DNA of 64,000 bases from Geosiphon pyriformis uo1 (taxonomy: Eukaryota > Fungi > Glomeromycota), in NCBI GenBank assembly GCA_016748015.1, contig JAAOMT010000352.1:434001-498000 (forward strand), written 5' to 3'. Positions within the stretch are counted from its first letter, which is position 1. Each line of letters opens with the position of its first letter. The notes beneath the pieces are model-generated. The model saw only the letters and a program-made list of their open reading frames with translations, was not told the DNA's origin and did no database searches. Positions 25,229-38,378 of this stretch are shown in pieces. The position numbers were made by a program, and so were the translations under genes.

Positions 25229-28200
25229 TTAATCTTGTCTTATTCTTGAAAGGCTATTAACATTGGTATGTAGTTTTCCTGGTTTATAATATATAATATA
25301 CTTGTAGTCTGCTAGGAAGTCATTCTATTAAGACTGTTTGGCACTTTGTTTAGTTTTCTTTTTATTGAGCCATTTGAGACCAATATTGTCAATTATAATG
25401 TCAAATTTTTTTCCATTCTTCAGGTATTGTTGAAAGTGTTTAAAAGCCTAAATAACTGTAGTAGCTTCTAATTTAATTGAGTCATATTTGAGTTCTGTTG
25501 GTTTAAGTATTCTACTGGCATAGGCAATAACTTGTTTCTGGCTATTTTCATCCAATTGTGATAAGATGGCACCAAATACTATGTGTGAAACATCAGTGGC
25601 TAGTTGAAATTATTTGTTGAAGTTTGGATAAGCAAGAACTAAAGCTGTTGTCAATTTTGTTTTGAGTGTTTTAAAAGCTTTCTGTTGTTCTTCAGTCCAT
25701 TGATATGGCACATTTTTATTGGTAAGATAATTGAGTGGTTTGGCAATTTCTGAGAATCTTTTTACAAATTCTTAATAGTATAAGACTAATCTCACAAATT
25801 TTTGTAGCTCTGTGGTATTTTTGGAAGTTTGAAAGTTTTTGACAGCACTGATTGTTCTGGAATTTGGTTTGATTTCATCTTTGCTAACAATGTGTCCAAG
25901 AAAGATTAAGCTTGTTTTTCCAAAGTGACACTTCTCAATATTCAGTTTCAGTCCTGCTTTCTGTAATTGTTGAAAAACTTCTTGCAGATAAATTAAATAA
26001 ACATCAAAACTTGAAGAGTATATATTAGTGTTATCAAGATAAACAACTACTGATTGCCATAAGAGTTCTTTATATACAATATTTATAAGTTGCTGGAATG
26101 TTGTTGGTATATTGTAGAGTCCAAAAGGCATAACATTAAATTTGTAGTTTCCTTCTTGGGTGGTAAATGCTGTTTTGGGCCGATCTTTTAGGTCTATTTT
26201 GACTTGCCAGTATCCACTTTCTAAGTCTAAAGTTGAGAAGAACTTGGTTTTTCCTAAAGCATTTAGCATGTTATCAATTCTTAGAAGAGAGTAGGCATCT
26301 CCAATTGTGATACTATTCAATTGTCAATAATCAACACAGAATCTAATTTTTTCATTTTTCTTTTTGACAAAAACTACTGGTAAGACTCATAAACTTCTTA
26401 ATGGTTAGATTAATTTGTTATTGAACATTCTTTGGACTTCTTCTTTGATAAATTGGTGGCTAGCAGATGAAACTCAATAGGCTTGTTGTTATTTTGGTGG
26501 AGTACTCTTGTGTGGATTTGATGTTAAACAATATTAGTTTTTCTTAGATTATTGTTGTCTTTTGCAAATATGTCAGCAAATTCAGCTATTAACTGTTTTA
26601 ATTGTCTTTGTTGTTGGGATTCTAAGAGATTTATGTTAATTCAAGAGAGTTTTTCTTTTAAAAAGTAATAGCTTTTAGTAGTAGAGATAATGTTTGGGTT
26701 GGGAAGTAGGGTATGTCTTACAATTTTAATGAAATTAGAGACAATTTGAGGGTTTTCATCTTGAAAGATGTTGCTATATATGATTCTAATTTCTAATTTA
26801 TTTAATAAAACAATAGGATAATTGTTGGAGTTGTAAAATATAACTCGGAATTTCTTCATTTTTTTTGGTATATAAACATTTGAAATTGAGATTTTATGCT
26901 TTACACAGATTTGTTTATTGAGTTCAAAGATTTATTGAGTAGTAGTAAGTTTTTAGCAGGTGTAAATTTTGTGATGTTCTCCAAAAGATGAAATAGTAAT
27001 TAGTTGAAAAAGTTGAAGAATCTAATAAGATTCATTCTGTGTATTAAGAGCTATGTTTACTGGAACTGTAAATCATCTAGTTGAACCAAAACCTTGTATT
27101 TTTCTTTTACTTTTGCCTAATTGTTCTTTGTTACTAACTAATTGTAATTCTAAAATGTTAATTAAAGATAAGTAAATTGCTTGAGCAATTTTTTCAGCAT
27201 ACTCTATTTTGAATGATTTTTCAGTTTCATTTTATAGCATGATAGTAATGTCTTCAATGTATCCTGTATCTATAACTTTTTCTCTAATGTTAATTCCTTT
27301 GCTTGCCAATAATAATTGGAAAGCAATCTGTATTATTGCTTCTGGTGGAATTTTAAAAGCAATTTTGAGATTGATTTTAGTTAAAAATTTTGGTTGAAAA
27401 ACCAAAGTATTTTTTCTTGAATATTGTAGATCATATTCAGCATCTATATTATGAGCTTTTTCTGACTTGATTCTTTGGCCATTATTGTTGAAGTATTTGA
27501 GTTGTAGAGCTAATTGATTTTCAATAAGATAGATTGGTGTTGATGCAATTTTTTCCTTTGTTTTAGGTTTTTCAAATTCACTTTTATATTTATTGTTTTT
27601 GCTGGGCAGGAGAATGTTAATTGCATAACATTTTGAACACTATTACTTAAAAAAAAAAGCCAATCAAAAAAAGAAGGAAAAAATGTAACTTAAAGAAAAA
27701 TATAACAAAACATAAAAAAATACAGAATAACATGCAATAATATTAGATAACGTGTTATAATATAGGATAATATGTTATAATGCAGGATAACACTAAATAA
27801 CATGTAATAACATCAGATAATATGTTATAACATAGAATAATTAGTTATAATATAAGAAAACAAAATGATAGCTAGCAAGAACAGACAATCCAAAGCAATT
27901 CTGTAAAACTAAAAAATATGTATATATAGCAGTAGCATTAGAAGCAGAAAGAGAGAGAATTCAGAGACAGAAATTTATTAATTACCATTTTTAGTTAGAA
28001 ACATATCATTCTAAAATATTAATAAATATACTTATTTAGCATCTCAAATCCAATTGCTTACTATCAACTCTAAATGTTGATAATAATTGATACTTAACCA
28101 CATGAAAACAATAGCTCTTAATCACAGCTATTGACAGAATACTAACATTTATTGCTTTGGCTTATTTTTTTCTTTTCTTTTCTTTTCTTTTCTTTTATTT

Positions 28201-31200
28201 TGTTATTTCTTGTTGTTGACTAATTAATTAAAATTAAGTATTAAGTTATTGATGTTAAGAATTGCCTGGTAAAAGACCCCTGCGAGTAGATAGAATGTAT
28301 AAGAATTATGGATTGCTGGCCACCAAGCTGAAAAAAAAATTGAATAAATTGCAATTCTAAGAAGCTACAGATAAAATAACATAGAAATCTCTGTCCATTA
28401 TACAAAAAACTTAACCTAAACCTTCAAACAACCTAAACCTTCAGATACCAACATCATTATATTAGCTATTGAACACCAAGTTATGGGTTTGTTTTGAAAC
28501 CCCAAATAATTACTTATAACAACACTATTGGTTATTACAAAGCATTGTATATTCTTTACATAGTTAAATATTTATTTGCTTTAATTGTTGAATTTAAGCT
28601 TTTTTGATTGGATAGACATAACTTGTGATTTAATAATATGTTTTCACTTCATCTTCATAGTTGAATTCAGCTAATTTTATTGTATATTTAATGTATTCAG
28701 CTTCTTTCATTTGGTGAATATTTTCTTGTGTGGCTCTATTGATTAAAGCCATTGCTAAATCAAAAATTATTTTAGCATCATGAAGATAGTAGTAGAGTTT
28801 GTTAAAAGCACTGTTGTATGCTGCATTAAAGAGTGTTCCTCTTCTGACTTTTTTTAATATTAATAGGACATATTGACAGATTTGATTACATACTTCTCTT
28901 CTTATTACAATATTAATTCAGTTGTATTCTTCTGATAACATATCTCCACATATGAGACAAGAAGTGTTGTCTTATTTTCCACTTTATTTGGAATATTCAG
29001 ATTGTTTTTTATAGCATGCTTTACAGTAATAACAGGTGCAAGTTTCATATTCCTCTTCTGAAAAGATATATGTTCTTATTGATGAAAGTTTTTTGTTGTA
29101 GTCTTTGTATTTAAGTGAAATAAAAGATAATTGTTTTTATAATTCTGGTGTAGAGTATCTGACTACATTCCATCTTCTGGTTTTTTCAACCCAATTAGAT
29201 GGTAATCCAAAAGCCATAAAGATTTTAGTGATTAGTAGTTTTTTTTTTTCTTCAAATTCAAATACTGGGGGTTTTTCAGATTTTTTATTAAAAGTACCAC
29301 AGATGGCAGGTACTTTAATGTATTGCCCTTGGTATGAAATTTTCAATTCCTGAGTTTCCCAATCTAAATTTGCATTGGTCTTGAGAAGCCAATCATTTCT
29401 GATAAAAGCTTGGTATTGGAGTACATCCATGACTAAAACTTTAACTGAAATGGTGATTTCATTAACAGTAAATGGAAAGTTGTTAATTTCTCCTACTGGA
29501 GTTTTTTTCATGCCATTAGCTATAACAATTACAGTTTGAACTGGTCTGTCAACGTTTTTTCTAAGCTGTTGCATTAATTGATAAATGATAATGCTTCCAG
29601 TAGATCCACTATTTAAAATCAAGTGGATTTGTTTTCCTTTTACTTTAGTTTTAGTATACATAGCAGTAATTGCTTTTTGCTTATTGACTGCTGTATTGTT
29701 AAGCAAGAATGGTGATTCATTGGCTTCAAATTCAAATGGAAATATATCTAAGAGGTTGGTATTTTGAGCAATTTGGGCTGGTGGAATAGTATTGTTAGAA
29801 GAGTTTAATTTTAGTGCTGCAACTTCACCTTCAGAAAGTACAGTTTGTTAAAAATTCTGTTCTTCAGGCATGGTTAAGTAACTTGGCTGTATATAATAGT
29901 GATTGGGTCTTTGTTGAATTGAATTTTGAGAAACCAATTGGTTGTTTAAGTTGAATCTGTTGTTGTTTGTTAAAAAACGGTTTTGAGATGTAAATTGGTT
30001 TTGTTGTTCTACTTTTCTTGCAGGTATTTGATATTGCTGGACTGGGAGTAATTACTAGTGTTATGGTGTTGGTAAAAGTTGTTGATATTGCTGTTGTAAA
30101 ACAGGTTGATAGTAATTGTTTTGATTTTGTAATCTGGATAAGTAATAAGTTTGTGGTGGAAGTTGGTAATAGGATTGCTGTAGTGAAGAGTAATGTTGAT
30201 TGTTTCTGTTTTGTTGGTCTCATTGTAGTTTTTTACAATCTTGTATTCAATGTTCTGGAATTTCACAGTAGTAACAACTTTGGTTTTAATTGTTTGATAA
30301 TGATTGGTAGTTGTTTTGGTTTCATCATTGTGATAATTAATATCTTTGTATTTGTTGTTGTTGTTGTTGTTGTTGGTTGGTGAAATAGTTTTCAACCTTC
30401 TTTGTAAGTTGGTCAATTTTTTCTTTAGCTGCTGAACTAGTTTCTCCAATAGCAAGATTTACAAGTTTTGTATGGTTAGCTTTCTTTATAGCCATTTCAT
30501 AATTCTTTGCATGTTGGATAGCAGTGGCCAAATTTTCAGATAAATGTGGATGCACTTTTTTTATGAGTTTATTTTTTAATTTAGCAATAAATTGATCTAA
30601 AATTGGGCATTAGAATAGTATTCATTGGTTTCCAACTGGCAAATCCTTTTGAAAAGTTTGTTGAACTTCTCTAGGTAGATTATAACTGATTTACTTGGTT
30701 CTTGTTTGATATTTTGAAACCAATTTTGAAAGATAATAGAAGTTTTGTTATTAGTAAACTGTTCTAAAAAAACAGTTTTGAATGCTTGCCAATTTTCTGG
30801 TAGTGTTTTCAGGTTTTTAAATTATTTACCAACAGTTCCTTATAAGAAATAAGAAATTGCTTTTAACATTTTGGCTGCATTCCATCCATTGGTATCTCCT
30901 GCTTTTCCAACTTTATTTAACTATTTTTGTGGACTGGTTTTGTTATCTTTTTCTGCAAATTCAGAAATTTTTGCAATATATGTAGTTGCCATTTTTTTTT
31001 CATTTTCTGTAGTTTCTTTTTGTTTTGACTCAGTTTCTTCACTTTCCAAGTTTTTTGAATGATTACTTTTGTTTTCCTGTAAGTAATCAAAAAGATTGAT
31101 GTTGATTGATATTGGTTCTTGTTGTTAAGTAGAATTTTTAAGTGACTGAAAATTTTCTGGTCTTGAAAAATAAATAAGTGGTGAATTTGGTGTTTGTATT

Positions 31201-31919
31201 TAAGCAAGTGAAATAGAAAATGGTGTAATAAAAAGTGTTAATTTGATGCTGGTTCTTTGTTCAGGTGTTTGCAAGTGTTTTGCAGTTGTTTTTGGTATTT
31301 TTGGAGTGTTTGAAGTGGTTTTTGAGTGTTGTTTCAATTTTTTCTTGCTTTTGTTGTTTGTTTCTGTTTCTGATTCAAAGTCAAAAAAGTATTTAGATTG
31401 TACTGGATATTTTTTTTCACAATACTAAATAATGTTAAAGTTAAGTTCTTAAAAGCAGGTGTCAAGTGTTTCACTGTTAAGATTTTTAGTTTCCAATGAT
31501 AAATAGTGCAATAAATTATTGTAAAGATTGCTTCTAACTTCTGAAATATTGTAGTTTTCAAAAAAATAATTGTTAATACAGTTTTCAATATATTAATATA
31601 GTGTTTTTTTGAGAATTTCAATTTCGTTTTGGATGTTGAATCTTTGCTTGCAGTAAGTATAAATTGACTGATAATACTTTAGAGTTGTTGTGTCTGGTGT
31701 GGTTGCTACTTTAAATTTGTTGTTGTTGTGTTATTTCTATGGGAAAGCACCAAATATTACTAGAGGTTTTTCGTCTCTTTTTTTGACTGTTGTTAATATC
31801 AATTTGTTGCTAATTTTACGTTTTCTGGAAGCAGTTGCACCTCCAATAACTGAATTTATCTTCAAATTATCTCCTATAATTTGAACTGCTGGGCTTATAA
31901 GTAAAATGGCCAATTTCAT
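25229..31919 (-). pseudogene. ORF1 of C (ATG inside the 5' LTR): gag-PR-Cys-rich-dUTPase-RT-RNase H, interrupted by a solo LTR
   Basis: ILNSGS protease (29137-29706); LDLESGYWQ, MPFGL, YLDN RT (25772-26320); dUTPase near 27075-27500 with AEYDL and QGFGST. Confidence 0.88.
27641..28521 (+). mobile_element. Solo LTR with D-type U3 and family-1-type U5; TSD ACAC
   Basis: tattac..ttataaca ends; acac at 27637-27640 and 28522-28525; no PBS or PPT next to it. Confidence 0.9.
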
Positions 31920-32727
31920 GCCAGTTGTTTTGTGTAGTTACATTGTAGTAAACATCAACTTTTTCTCAAAAATTGCTCATCTGGAAGTTTATTAAAATAT
32001 GTAGTTACTTTGCTATAAAAGTTAACTCTTTTACAGAAATCTTGTCTATAAGCTACCCTAATAATTATGATAAGAAAAAAAATAAAAATAAAAAAAATGT
32101 AAAAGAAATAGAATTTTGTCAAGGGAAACATTTTCTATTCAGGCCTGAAGTCACTAACAAATTACTAAAATTGGTAGTTAATTAATTTTAAAATGTTAGT
32201 TGTGTTGAGGAAATTTCAAGTGTAATAATTTAAAGGATTTGGTTTTCGAATATTTAATTTTTATTTAAAATGTGTAAAAGGTGATTTGTTCTAATTAAGA
32301 TATCTAAAGTAAGATACTATGGTAAAATATTATAAAAAGATACATTTTTTTGAAAAGAGAAGCTCTTCTTTTATACAACTTGTTATAGTACTAATTTTTG
32401 AACTTGCACTTTTCTCTTTGTTTTAATTTTAGTGAACTAAAGATACATTTTGGTGAACTACAAGTTATTTCTACAAACTATTGATTATTTCAGCCAATTT
32501 TCATCAATTTCGGTGAATTTTAACTATATTAAATAGTTCAGAATATTGTGTAATTTGATCATTTTAATTTCTATAGTACAAATTAGATTATTGATTGAGT
32601 ACTAATATTTGATAATTTAATTTAAATAATAAGTAATAATCGAAATGATAATAGTATATGCTAATTAATAATAAGAATTATGAGAATAATTTCATGCTAT
32701 TTAATAGCTAAAATTCTACTGGTAACA
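31755..32727 (-). repeat. 5' LTR of C
   Basis: Adjacent PBS on the minus strand; pair of 21970-22947. Confidence 0.93.
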
Positions 32728-32985
32728 ACATTATTGAAAAGAAAACAAATCTAACACTACACATTAAAACAATATATTGACTATACACAATCTTTCAAAA
32801 CTATCCAGAAATATTGCTACACTCAAACATAGAAACAATAATTATTAACCAATAAGGAAGAATAAACAACTTGCAAATCAAAGATATATGAAACAGAGTT
32901 GAACAAATGATACTAGAAAAAAAAGTCATAGAACTAATTCAAAATAAAAATTTTGATAGAGCTCAATATTAAAAGGAGGAGATAA

Positions 32986-33813
32986 TATTACTCATAGAAA
33001 AAAAACATTTAAGAAAATAGTAAGAAAAACAGATAAACCAATAGAAGAATAATAACTAATACATAAGCACATTGCTTAGTAATATGAGTATTGCTTAAAA
33101 AATTATAGCACATTGCTTGAGAATGTAAGCAATTTTGTAGAATCCAAATTATGTATATATAGCAAAAACATTAGAAGCAGAAAAAGCAGAATTTTTCAGA
33201 TAGAATTATGACCAAGATCTCTTTGTTCAAAACATCTTAGTTAGAAATATCAATATTAATAAATAATTATTCACTATCTAAATTACTCTTCTTATTATCA
33301 ATACTTTATATTAATAGTATCCAATACTTGATCACACTAGAATAATAGCTCTTGATCATGACTATTGACAGAATACTAACTTTTTCTTGCCTTGGCTTAT
33401 TGTTTCTTTTTTTTTTTTTATTGTTTGTTATCATTTACTAATTGATTTAAAAATTAAACATGCAGAGTTATTAATGTTAAAGTAACTTGTAAAAAACTCA
33501 GAAATAAGAGTAGAACACTCAAAGATTGAGGATAGCTTACCAGAAAAATTACTGGCCATTATGCTGAGAAAAATTTTCGACAGAATTGTGATTCCAGGAA
33601 GCAATGAACAACCAAACACATTAACTCAAAAGTTAAAGAAACTGGAAACATTATACTATGATACCAATATTGAATTTCTGTTTATTATACAAAAAACTCC
33701 ACCAAAATCTTCAGATCATTAAAACTTTCAGATATTATCAACATAATTCAACTATTAGCACTAAGTTACAGGTTTGTTATTTGATTTAAGACCCCAAATA
33801 ATTACCTGTAAAA
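32986..33813 (+). repeat. 3' LTR of A
   Basis: Preceded by the PPT; colinear with 3285-4093. Confidence 0.9.
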
Positions 33814-34288
33814 ATGAATATCTAATAATTAACTATGCTAAAACAATATCTCTTGATCATGGCTATTGATAGAATATTAATTTTTATTTTTTTTTTATTT
33901 ATTTATTTATTTTTTTGTTGTGTTGATTTACTAACAGATTAAAAGAATTAAATGCTAAACAATTAATGTTCACAAGACTGGTAAAAAACCCAGAAATAAG
34001 AATAAACAAATCAGGATTTAAGAATAGCTTATTAGAAAATTGGCCACCAAGCTGAAAAAAAAATTGATAGAATAAAACATTTTAAAAGACTACAAACACC
34101 AAAGCATACTAACTTAAAAGTTGGGAAAAAAACTAAAAACATTACCAAAGAATATTACCATTGAATCTTTGTCTATTATACAAAAAACTCAACTAAAACC
34201 TTCAGATTTACCAATATTATTTAGCTATTAAGCACCAAGTTATGGGTTTGTTATTTATTCTAAACCACCCAAATAATCATTTGTAACA

Positions 34289-35315
34289 TTTAGTGCTTTT
34301 TGTAAGATATAATCTAGCAAAGAACCAATATTAACAATAATTATCAGAAACAATAACAAAACCAGAAGAAACAGAAACAAACCACTTGAGATTTGCAAAA
34401 GCTTTATTTTAATACTATCAAACTCACCTAGGATTAACAAACAACTATTGGCCAGCAGAATTAACTTTTAATTTCTATATTAATAAAAAGATTAAATCTC
34501 ATTTAGAAGACCAAAAAAATCCAGAAGCAGCACTTATTAATTTTTATAATAAATTACTTTAGAGCATCATACTTTTACAAAATTATTTATTTACACCAAT
34601 AATCACAAAAATCAATAAAAAAATTGAGAAACACACCAGACAGAAATTTTCTATTATCTTTGCAGACAACAACAAAGGAAAATTACAAACACCAGTAAGA
34701 ATACCAAGAAATATACAACTATTTACTTAGAAAAAACCAAGAGTAGTTTCACTCATATACCTATTCTATTACTATATGCCTAGAAGTATTATCAATATAC
34801 TATTAAAAAACACATTATCATTAGTAAAAACACTATCAGCAAGAATAACATTCCAAAGCAAACAAGAAAGAACCAATTTATTGGGAACTTACAGCAATTA
34901 TTTTAAAAAATTCAAATCATGATTACCAATACCATCAGGATTTCAATTACTATTATCTTAATCTAATTTTGGAGCTACCAGCTCTTGAAAAATAACTGAC
35001 TCAAAAGAAAAAAAAAACAAAGATCAGAAATTTAATTATTAAAACCCAATCTTAGAAAACCCAGAAATCCAAACTTTGATTATTCAGATCCAGCAAAATC
35101 TGAATAATTTAAACTCAGCTCTTATTGTTCTTCAAAACTTACCTTCAGTAATTGTAATTGATCTACTATTAGTTGTACCAATTACAAAACCACCACAATA
35201 ACCACAACCACTACCCCAACAACAACAACTTTAATAACTACAACTATTATTAATGGCATACACTCCCAAAGTTTACCAGTAAAGAAAACAATGCTCAAGT
35301 TTGGCTCAATAATAT
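34289..35315 (+). pseudogene. PBS and gag N-terminus of X
   Basis: WPAELTFNFYINKKI, MAYTP and NAQVWLNN, then cut by F. Confidence 0.8.
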
Positions 35316-36282
35316 TGTTACAAGTGATTATTTGGAATCTAGAAGCAAATAACAAATCCATAACTTGGTGCTCAATAGCTAATATGGCTGGTAATATCTG
35401 AAGGTTTTGGTAATCTAAAGGTTTTGGTTGAGTTTTTTGTATAATAGACAGAGATTCAATATTGGTATCTTAGTATAATGTTTTTAGTTTCCTTAACTCT
35501 TGAGTTAGTTTAATTTGTTATCTATTGCTTTCTGAAATATCTATATTTTATTAATTTTTTTTTCAGCTTGGTAACCAGTATTTTCTGGTAAGCTATCTTT
35601 AATCTTAAGTGTCTACTTTTATTCCTGGGTTTTTTACCAGTGCTATATTTTGATGTTAGTATTCTGTGCATTAATTTTTTAATTAATTAGTAAATCTACG
35701 ATAAACAAAGAAATAAAAAATAATAATAATAATAATAAAAATAATAAAAAGAAAATTAAAAGATAAGCCAAGGCAAAAAAGAGTTAATATCCTGTTAATA
35801 ATCATAATCAAGAGCTTTTGATTTAGTATAGTTAAGTATCAGCAATTATCAATATAAATTGTTAATAGTGAAAAGATAGATTGTAATGTTTAATAAATAT
35901 TTTATTGATATTTGATGTTTTTACTTCAAGTTATAAAATACTATCATATGAAAAGATGAATGAAGAATTAGAACTGGAGATTTTAATTAAGAATTCTGTT
36001 TTTTTTTGTTTCTAATATTATTACTATATATACATAAATTTTATTGTATAAGATTCTTTGAATTTCTTAATTCTTTAGCCAAGAATTCTGGGATTTCTTG
36101 AGATGAATTCTGGAATTCTGGAATTCTGTAATTTCTTATATGGGAATTTTGTAATTTTGGAATCCTGTAATTTCTCTAAGAAAAATTCTGGAATTTCATT
36201 TTTACTATGTCTTATTTTGATTGGCTAATTAATGTACTAATATATAATTCTTATATTCTATAAATAACATTATTTCCTCCTT

Positions 36283-36912
36283 TTAATATTGAGCTCTGTT
36301 AAAATTTTCTATATTTCCTAACTTTCTATCTTTAATTAACTCTTAAACTTCTTTTTTAAGAATTACTTGGGTTATTTTTATCTGTAATTTTTCAAATTGG
36401 GCATTGGTTATTTTACCCAATTGGTTGACAGTAACTATATTCATTGCTGGATTAAGTAGTATTGCTGATCAATCTTAAAATTCTATATGTAATCAATATA
36501 TGGCTCTGGCTTGTGTAAACAGATTGCTCTTTTCTACAAATTGTTTAAGTTGCTGTAATATTGTTGTATTGAATAACCATTTTGTTTTGTTAGTGTATAA
36601 GTTCTAAATATTCAGGTTTTGTTCCAAGTGATAATAACAAAAATTTCTTGGAAATTGTTGTATCCACCAATTCCAAATTTTTTTTATTAATTTTTGGTAT
36701 AATACAGTTGTTTCTGGTATTTCTATTAACAGCTTTACTTTTATTATTATCTTGTCTATAGTGTTTTCTGGTTTTCTGTGTGTTTTATATTGAGTTTTTT
36801 TATTCTCTTTGTATTGAATGGTTTGTTGGTTGATTGTGATTTCCATGTTTTGTTGTTAAATCAGTTAGAATAGTTGTTGTGTGAGTAAATATATATTGTT
36901 AGTAATTTCCAT
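36283..36912 (-). pseudogene. ORF3 of F
   Basis: ORF track MEITINQQTIQY..WWIQQFPRNFCYYHL; ends RAQY*. Confidence 0.75.
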
Positions 36913-36966
36913 CTTTATTGTTACTTTTGTTGTATATATTATGTTTTTATATATTATTCTGTTTGA

Positions 36967-38348
36967 TTAACTTAATGTGTTTGTATTAATAATAATGATT
37001 GGTTCTAAATCTCATGGAATTTTATCTGGTTAGACTAATATTTATTATACTCTCAGTTGTGAAATATTACTGATAAATAATAATACTATATTATAATATG
37101 GTTTCAGTTAATCTCAATGTGCTGCTTTAGCTAAGATTTTGTTGTTTCATCTTAACTTATAAGCTTTATTTCTTAGAATTTTTTCTATGTGAAATGATCT
37201 GTTCTATTTGGGATCAAATTTTCCATTCCATTGTTTTCTACTTTAGTATAATATAAAAGTACTTTGTCTTCAATCCTGAATTTAACTGGTTTATTTAGTA
37301 ACTGGTTATTGTGTCATTTTTTTTGTTTTTCTTATGACTTTTAAATGTTATTAGCTGTTCTTCATTTTTTGTTTTCTAAAGTTTTCATTAAGTCATATGT
37401 TTTTTTCAGCAATATTTCTTGAAAGTTGTCTTTTATTATTGGTTCAATTAGATACATATTGACTTTTATCTTAACTAGTAATGTTGCTGTTTTATTATAA
37501 ACAAGTTTAAATGGTGTTGCTTGTGTGGTATCTTGCTTCATTGTCTAATAAGCAAATAATACTGATAATATAAACAAATTCCATTTGTTCTGGTTTTTTT
37601 AACTGATTTTAGTAATTGCTTTACACAATATTTTGTTGAATTTTTCAACTAAACCATTTGTTTGTAAATGATATAATGATAATAATAGTTTCTTAATTCC
37701 AAATCTTTGGCTTAATTCTGTTAATGTTTTGTTTACAAAGTGAGTTCCTTGATCTAATAACAATTCTTTTAGACATCTATGTCAGCAAATCAAATCTTAA
37801 TAAACAAATTTGGCTATGAATTCTGCATCTGTTCTTTAAATTGCTTTTGCCTCTGACCATTTTGTAAAATAGTTTATGACTACTGCTAGATAACAATTGT
37901 CTCTGCTAATTATTGTTAATAGTTTAACTAAGTTAATTCCAATTCTATTAAATAGTTGTCTCACTTTAATTGATCTTAGTGGTTTATTGAGTTTTGTTCC
38001 TTCTTTTTTTTGACAAGCATTATAATTTTAAACATATTAAATAATGTCTGAATATATTGATAACCAATAATATTTTTTTTTGGTTCTTTCTATAGTTGTT
38101 TTTTTATGAAAATGTCTTGCTGTTGGATCTGAATACATATTGTATAATATTGTTTCTTTTTCTGGTTTTGTGATTACTTTGAATGGCTGATATAGATCTT
38201 TTCTGTTTTTCTAATATAGTATATTTTGGTAAGTGATAAAATATTTTGATTGTTGTTTTATGCTGTTTTGTTCTTTTTGAGATAATTTTTCCTTAAACTG
38301 TTGGGTATTAATATAGTATTGGAGTTGTTAATATTTTTGTATATTTAT
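36967..38348 (-). pseudogene. Integrase ORF of F
   Basis: HSDPTARH, YFTKWSEA, NGLVEKFN, LEPIIII. Confidence 0.88.
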
Positions 38349-38378
38349 TTTTTGTTATATTTTTGAGTTGAAATGTTC

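Larger units (their letters stand above)
21970..32727 (-). mobile_element. Full-length Ty3/Gypsy element C (divergent family) inserted in ORF3 of A; TSD ACAT
   Basis: LTRs 21970-22947 and 31755-32727; acat at 21966-21969 and 32728-32731; PBS tggtgctttccc; PPT gagagaaaaatta. Confidence 0.95.
21569..32972 (+). pseudogene. ORF3 of A, split by C (21569-21969 + 32732-32972)
   Basis: Starts MEIPD; resumes after the C TSD; ends RAQY* at the PPT. Confidence 0.75.
3285..33813 (+). mobile_element. Full-length Ty3/Gypsy element A (family 1) with B and C nested inside; TSD ATGA
   Basis: Matching LTRs 3285-4093 and 32986-33813; atga at 3281-3284 and 33814-33817; PBS at 4096; PPT aaaaggaggagataa at 32971-32985. 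Confidence 0.9.
2989..35315 (+). mobile_element. Ty3/Gypsy element X (family 1), 5' part: 5' LTR split by A (2989-3284 + 33818-34288), PBS, gag start; cut at 35316 by F
   Basis: LTR start tattactcata at 2989; LTR resumes after A and ends ttgtaaca at 34288, followed by a degenerate PBS (tttagtgctttttgtaag) and gag. Confidence 0.8.
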
